This document shows positions 62,001 to 64,000 of a stretch of 64,000 nt of DNA, piece after piece (within the stretch, counting starts at the first letter, position 1; each line of letters opens with the position of its first letter). Source of the stretch: Asterias rubens (taxonomy: Eukaryota). Position numbers and translations under genes: made by a program. The notes under the pieces are model-generated. The model ran no database searches. It was not told the origin of the DNA and worked only from the letters and a program-made list of their open reading frames with translations. The DNA is taken from positions 18,662,001 through 18,726,000 of the forward strand of contig NC_047068.1 of the NCBI RefSeq assembly GCF_902459465.1. Reading direction: 5' to 3'.

Positions 62001-63605
62001 TCGTTTCTCAACGAGTACACCATGTACATCTACGCAGTCCATGGTCCTAGCTCGGATAGAAAAAACGTGTTCTGACCGATTGCTTAAAATCATCCCCTGT
62101 TACTTCTACATCCATGGTTTTAACATGCACAATGAAGGAACAACACATTATTAAAATCTTAATTCAATTGGTGCTAAGAATGTGAATCTATGTTGTCTTT
62201 TGTCTATCAAATCAGAGTTTCAAAGGAAACCATTTACTGCAGAAGCTCATAAAAAATAACACTTACACAATAGTTATTTACATTATTTAATAGCATTTAA
62301 AAAATGCACCAATTTCAAAATCAAAGCGTTAATCATTGAATGCTACAAACCATGCACCAATCTTTAACCTTTCTGACTGCAAGCCTCTGTCCACAGCTCA
62401 ACAACTCAAGCGGCAAAAACAAATCCGAAAATGAGCTTAATACAGCGTCAGTCGCGGCTTAGTATTATCTGTTGAAATTGCAAAATCAGACCGCGCTCGG
62501 CCGAGCTTATTTCAGAAATCGGATTCCATCACACCGGGTACTTATATCCCCGGCCAATCGGAGAAACAGTCGCGGACAGATCGGTTTACACGCAGAGGGA
62601 AAATATTGCCACCAAAGGCAAACCCCCCCGCCCCCCCCCCCCAACTCCTCACGGACAGGAAATCAGGTAGGCTTTAAAATCAATTGGTTGTTGTTGATTG
62701 GTCGGACATTTCAGAGAAGAGAGCTCTGTATGTTTGGGCATGACAGAGGGCAAGGAAAACAATTTATGTGTGGATAGTCAAGCAGTAGTCAAAGCAAATG
62801 AGGTCACGGTAATGTGAATTTGTATTGGAACCTTGCGAAGGGCACCACAGCAAAAGTACAGGGCACCGCAGCAATTGCTGCGGGTGCCATGGGTTATTTC
62901 GAGACCTGTTAATGTTATGTTTAACCTTCGTTACCTCTAATTGTTTTCTTGTGTTATTTTTACGGAGAGCCCAAATGATTATGGATGATTGCAAAATTAA
63001 AAACAGGCAGTAACTTGAGGCTAATCTGAAGATTCTAAGAGGTTTTCCAGATTTATCCAAGGTTTAACATCTTGTAACCTCTAGTTACCTCCAGTTAAAC
63101 AGGCAGGAAGGTTTCTTGAGGTTTTGTCAGGGTAATCCATGGTTTATCATCTTCTTACCTCTAGTTACCTCAAGTAAACTCGAGTTGAACAGGCAGTAAC
63201 TTAAGGTTAGCCTCAATGTCTCTCAAGGATTTCTAAGGTTATCAAGAGTTTAACCTCTAGTTCCCTCTAAAAGACAACTTCAGTTACCTCTTAGTTACAG
63301 TTAACTTGAGGTACCTCTTGTTTAATTCTTGTTCGATTCTACAACTCTCCCTATCTTGCTGCAGGTTCTTGAGGGTAAGAAATAAACAGTAAACATCTAT
63401 TTAAGAGAAACACCGTTCCTATAATGAGTACTTACAGAGTCGACGTGAATGTAGAAGTAGTGGTCTGTGTGGAACAGCAGCCTTATGAGCCTCTTCACCT
63501 GTCGTAAGGCTCGTCCATGAATCACTAACATGTAGACGATACGCACCGGCTTCCCATCAACGATCTTATACCGTGGGTTATCCTCAATCTCATTATCGGC
63601 CTTTC
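19482..63605 (-). CDS. XYLT: Protein xylosyltransferase (XYLT1/2 / oxt homolog); 8 coding exons in window, 5' exons beyond position 64000
   Basis: Spliced exons 63436-63605, 48403-48605, 45830-45910, 39813-40029, 36901-37077, 35894-36130, 21417-21635 and 19482-20153 join in frame via GT-AG (phases 0,2,2,0,0,0,0). They give the recognisable XYLT motifs [70 protein letters not shown] and C-terminal [13 protein letters not shown]. Confidence 0.96.
20308..20750 (+). mobile_element. tRNA-derived SINE interrupted by the MITE at 20421-20570
   Basis: A box tggccgagttgg, B-box-like ggtttgattctc, CORE-like gtgtccttgagcaagatacttta; body resumes ctctccacccaggggtacaagtgggtacc. Confidence 0.7.
20421..20570. 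mobile_element. 150-bp palindromic MITE inserted into a SINE; second copy at about 45601-45749
   Basis: aatgggagactttc ... gaaagtctcctatt, inner arms gcagcagacttaccgggtaaat / atttacccggtatgtctgctgc. Confidence 0.85.
20760..21130 (+). mobile_element. tRNA-derived SINE with CORE-like segment, Deu/Nin-like central domain and L2-like tail
   Basis: gggttcgaattcc, gtgtccttaagcaagacacttaacc, cggatgggacgtaaagccgttggtccc, tail cagcgccttgag...gcgctatacaag. Confidence 0.7.
21417..21635 (-). CDS. XYLT: XYLT exon: [30 protein letters not shown]...TRLQKFQ
   Basis: Acceptor ttttaag|GGC and donor CAG|gttggt; 219 nt, phase 0-0; fills the expected gap in the Xylo_C domain. Confidence 0.88.
21948..22447. other. 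Scaffold gap (500 N)
   Basis: Exactly 500 n, which looks like a placeholder; true size unknown. Confidence 0.99.
22448..22501 (-). CDS. SLC9A: Start of second NHE coding exon (GLHY...PESCLLII), frameshifted as assembled and truncated by the N gap
   Basis: Acceptor ttctttgcag|GT phase-compatible with the previous exon; the NHE hallmark PESCLLI is present but in a shifted frame. Confidence 0.75.
23648..24015. mobile_element. TTAA-flanked MITE, family C
   Basis: Perfect TIR ttaaagccattggaccctttcggta ... taccgaaagggtccaatggctttaa. Confidence 0.92.
24760..25058. repeat. 61-bp tandem repeat, about 5 copies
   Basis: tagttactcttattctatctcagggtatgc recurs at 24781, 24842, 24903, 24964 and 25022. 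Confidence 0.95.
25079..25205. repeat. 62-bp tandem duplication
   Basis: taattaacaagagaaattgtaatc... at 25081 and 25143. Confidence 0.9.
26830..27024. mobile_element. PIF/Harbinger-like MITE (TIR GCCCGGTTCATACTTCCTG, TTA target duplication)
   Basis: tta|gcctggttcatacttcctg ... caggaagtatgaaccgggc|tta. Confidence 0.85.
27126..27492. mobile_element. TTAA-flanked foldback MITE, family B
   Basis: ttaaaggaacacgttgccttgga ... tccaaggcaacgtgttcctttaa; the whole body is an imperfect palindrome. Confidence 0.92.
27858..28050 (-). mobile_element. L2/CR1-clade LINE 3' end
   Basis: Minus frame [26 protein letters not shown] resembles the L2 ORF2 C-terminus, followed by gcgcattataaattgcc and a (tat)n tail. 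Confidence 0.75.
28575..28919. mobile_element. Foldback MITE with a perfect 36-bp central palindrome
   Basis: aaaataattttcgtctca|tgagacgaaaattatttt at 28725-28760; arms extend about 140 bp; right end accctttaa. Confidence 0.8.
29588..29682. repeat. Tandem duplication of about 47 bp
   Basis: cactcagtatcaagat.atggtgatggaaagagaaa.gtcagaagac twice. Confidence 0.9.
32477..32702 (-). CDS. SLC9A: First coding exon of a Na+/H+ exchanger (SLC9A, NHE1-5-like): [19 protein letters not shown]...[27 protein letters not shown](G)
   Basis: The true ATG is at 32702 (the ORF track starts at an upstream TTG). Hydrophobic signal peptide, NHE TM1 motif W..VQT...I..WI..A.LAK.G, donor G|gtgagt at 32477, and acceptor ctctttcag| at 32780 with a 5'UTR portion. 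Confidence 0.85.
34225..34510 (-). promoter_or_regulatory. Putative NHE promoter and non-coding first exon
   Basis: CpG-rich stretch (33600-34510) in AT-rich surroundings; strong donor ttg|gtaagt at 34225 upstream of the exon whose acceptor is at 32780. Confidence 0.45.
35268..35659 (+). mobile_element. Family A MITE
   Basis: ttaaagacactggacac ... gtgtccagtgcctttaa. Confidence 0.9.
35894..36130 (-). CDS. XYLT: XYLT exon: [17 protein letters not shown]...[14 protein letters not shown]
   Basis: Acceptor cttttgtacag|CCT and donor CAG|gtaact; 237 nt. Confidence 0.95.
36901..37077 (-). CDS. XYLT: XYLT exon: [59 protein letters not shown]
   Basis: Acceptor ttattgcag|TCA and donor AAG|gtaaac; 177 nt. 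Confidence 0.97.
38088..38262. mobile_element. Harbinger-like MITE
   Basis: ggcccggtcacacaggccccaataa ... ttattggggcctgtgtgaccaggcc. Confidence 0.85.
38763..39141. mobile_element. TTAA-flanked foldback MITE, family B
   Basis: Same TIRs and palindromic body as 27126-27492. Confidence 0.92.
39813..40029 (-). CDS. XYLT: XYLT exon: (R)[24 protein letters not shown]...GGSDW...YKYTLLPAE
   Basis: Acceptor cctcccgccag|A and donor GAG|gtattt; 217 nt. Confidence 0.96.
40766..41015. repeat. 50-bp tandem repeat, 5 copies
   Basis: tgccaccaagatatcccaaatggggtatgaaaagggggactagtggtcag at 40771, 40821, 40871, 40921 and 40971. Confidence 0.95.
41532..41572 (-). ncRNA. Decayed U3:A8-variant hammerhead motif
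   Basis: AGCCT-TTGAGAC-T-GACTC(tgcta)GGGTC-GAAA-AGTC-AGGCT; stems I and II intact, two core substitutions. Confidence 0.5.
41592..41880 (-). mobile_element. Repeat unit containing an internal tRNA-like module (41692-41764)
   Basis: D arm GTCT/AGAC, T arm GTGGG-TTCAAAT-CCCAC, 5-bp acceptor remnant, broken anticodon stem; relatives at 45975-46305 and 61180-61240. Confidence 0.75.
42508..42742. mobile_element. MITE with GGGCCCAATTTCATAGAGCTGCT TIR
   Basis: ctgggcccaatttcatagagctgcttagc ... gctaagcagctccatgaaatttggccctg; relatives at 18663-18830, 39401-39613, 53251-53461 and 56102-56384. Confidence 0.8.
45830..45910 (-). CDS. XYLT: XYLT 81-nt exon (not in ORF track): (K)[26 protein letters not shown](R)
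   Basis: Acceptor tcttttgcag|A and donor AG|gtattt; phase 2-2; corresponds to the conserved [22 protein letters not shown] segment of XYLT1. Confidence 0.95.
45975..46305. mobile_element. Head-to-head inverted pair of the same tRNA-containing repeat
   Basis: Minus copy about 45975-46100 and plus copy about 46101-46305, sharing gagtaatatgcc.gtga..tt..cacagaa and gtactgagta. Confidence 0.75.
48403..48605 (-). CDS. XYLT: XYLT exon: RSDYLYREV...[13 protein letters not shown]...[12 protein letters not shown](K)
   Basis: Acceptor tcctgtccag|AGA and donor AA|gtaagc; 203 nt, phase 0 to 2. Confidence 0.96.
49502..49679. mobile_element. Second copy of the GCCCGGTTCATAC MITE
   Basis: gcccggttcatacttcctg ... 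caggaagtatgaaccgggc; a partial third copy lies at about 19265-19392 in the XYLT 3' flank. Confidence 0.85.
49912..50005. repeat. (AATC)n/(ATTC)n microsatellite
   Basis: Direct reading. Confidence 0.9.
50100..50345 (+). mobile_element. RTE (BovB-like) LINE 3' end
   Basis: KRQQRKDR...[18 protein letters not shown]: the C-terminal Cys-His motif typical of RTE ORF2. Confidence 0.8.
52446..52823 (+). mobile_element. Family A MITE, diverged
   Basis: ttaaaggcactggac ... ggcctttaa; family A body. Confidence 0.8.
53251..53461. mobile_element. GGGCCCAATTTCAT-family foldback MITE
   Basis: Inner arms agcttagcataacaaaagtatgcttaccagaataggtt / aacctattctggtaagcatactttttgttatgctaagct. Confidence 0.85.
55026..55383 (-). 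mobile_element. Family A MITE
   Basis: ttaaaggcagtggacactattgg ... ccaatagtgtccattgtctttaa. Confidence 0.9.
56102..56384. mobile_element. GGGCCCAATTTCAT-family MITE
   Basis: cagggcccaatttcatagagctgctt ... aagcagggctatgaagttgggccct. Confidence 0.8.
58021..58168 (+). ncRNA. Two tandem decayed hammerhead units (Penelope pseudo-LTR relic)
   Basis: gtct-TTGAGAA-aa-gactg(tgcta)gggtc-GAAA-tgtc at 58021-58056 and the half unit gggtc-GAAA-CGTC-aggc at 58152-58168. Confidence 0.5.
59257..59295 (+). ncRNA. Decayed hammerhead motif, same family
   Basis: acct-TCGAGAA-a-gactc(tactt)gggtc-AAAA-catc-aggt; stems intact, core mutated. Confidence 0.45.
60314..60694 (-). mobile_element. Family A MITE
   Basis: ttaaaggcactggaca ... 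tgtccagtgcctttaa. Confidence 0.9.
60691..61066. mobile_element. Distinct TTAA-flanked MITE sharing its left TTAA with the preceding element
   Basis: ttaa-aattgctatgtcagattttttggcc ... ggccaaaaatctgacatagcatct-ttaa. Confidence 0.85.
61267..61490. repeat. 114-bp diverged tandem duplication
   Basis: atgtcaacg...atcttagaccaagaga...acagacatttatgaaaat at 61267 and 61381. Confidence 0.85.
63436..63605 (-). CDS. XYLT: XYLT exon: (G)[56 protein letters not shown]
   Basis: Acceptor tttttag|GA at 63605 and donor TCT|gtaagt at 63436; start of the GT14/core-2 domain. Confidence 0.95.
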
Positions 63606-63779
63606 CTAAAAATTCAAGATAATTTAAATCGGTCATCAATTTATAATGAGACCATTGGAAAATCTGTACCACTAAAAATCCACTAACAGTATTTTTCAGA
63701 GGCATTTTTAATGGTAAACAAGGTGATCTGTATTAAGCCTCATGTAGCTCTAGTTCATAAGCATTTTGTAACCTAAAGG

Positions 63780-64000
63780 TAGCCATTTTGTAACTTACAG
63801 TGAGGTAGCCATTCTGAAGCCCTTTCAGCCATTCTGTAACCCACAATTAGCCATTCTGTAACCCAGTTAGCCATTCTGTAACCCACAATTAGCCATTCGG
63901 TAATCCAGTTAGCCATTTTGTAACCCAAAGTACATGCATTCTGAAACCTACAAGTACAATTCTCAATTCTATCACCCAGTCAACCATTTTGTAACCTCGT
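63780..64000. repeat. 20-22-bp minisatellite (agccattctgtaaccc...)
   Basis: Direct reading; continues to the window edge. Confidence 0.85.

Overview
AT-rich, repeat-dense genomic DNA from an animal. The repeat content looks like an invertebrate deuterostome, possibly a sea star, but that is my inference. One 500-N scaffold gap lies at 21948-22447. The main gene is a minus-strand protein xylosyltransferase (XYLT1/2-type). Eight coding exons can be read here with consistent GT-AG sites and phases (63605 to the stop at 19482); its 5' exons lie beyond the window. Inside the 14-kb XYLT intron that spans the gap, on the same strand, is the 5' end of a plasma-membrane-type Na+/H+ exchanger (SLC9A/NHE). 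It has a CpG-rich promoter-like region, a signal-peptide exon and a frameshifted PESCLL exon that is cut by the gap. That block is bracketed by an exact 20-bp direct repeat, so it is either a real nested or inserted gene segment, or a haplotype or assembly misjoin. The rest is intronic or intergenic: related 51-bp and 56-bp satellites, a modular minisatellite, many TTAA-flanked (Kolobok/T2-like) and Harbinger-like MITEs, tRNA-derived SINEs, and RTE and L2 LINE 3' ends. RNA-level candidates are a near-intact Penelope-type minimal hammerhead ribozyme, a decayed family of U3:A8-variant hammerheads, and a structured GC-rich element with partial HDV-like ribozyme topology. No prokaryotic features or CRISPR arrays were found.
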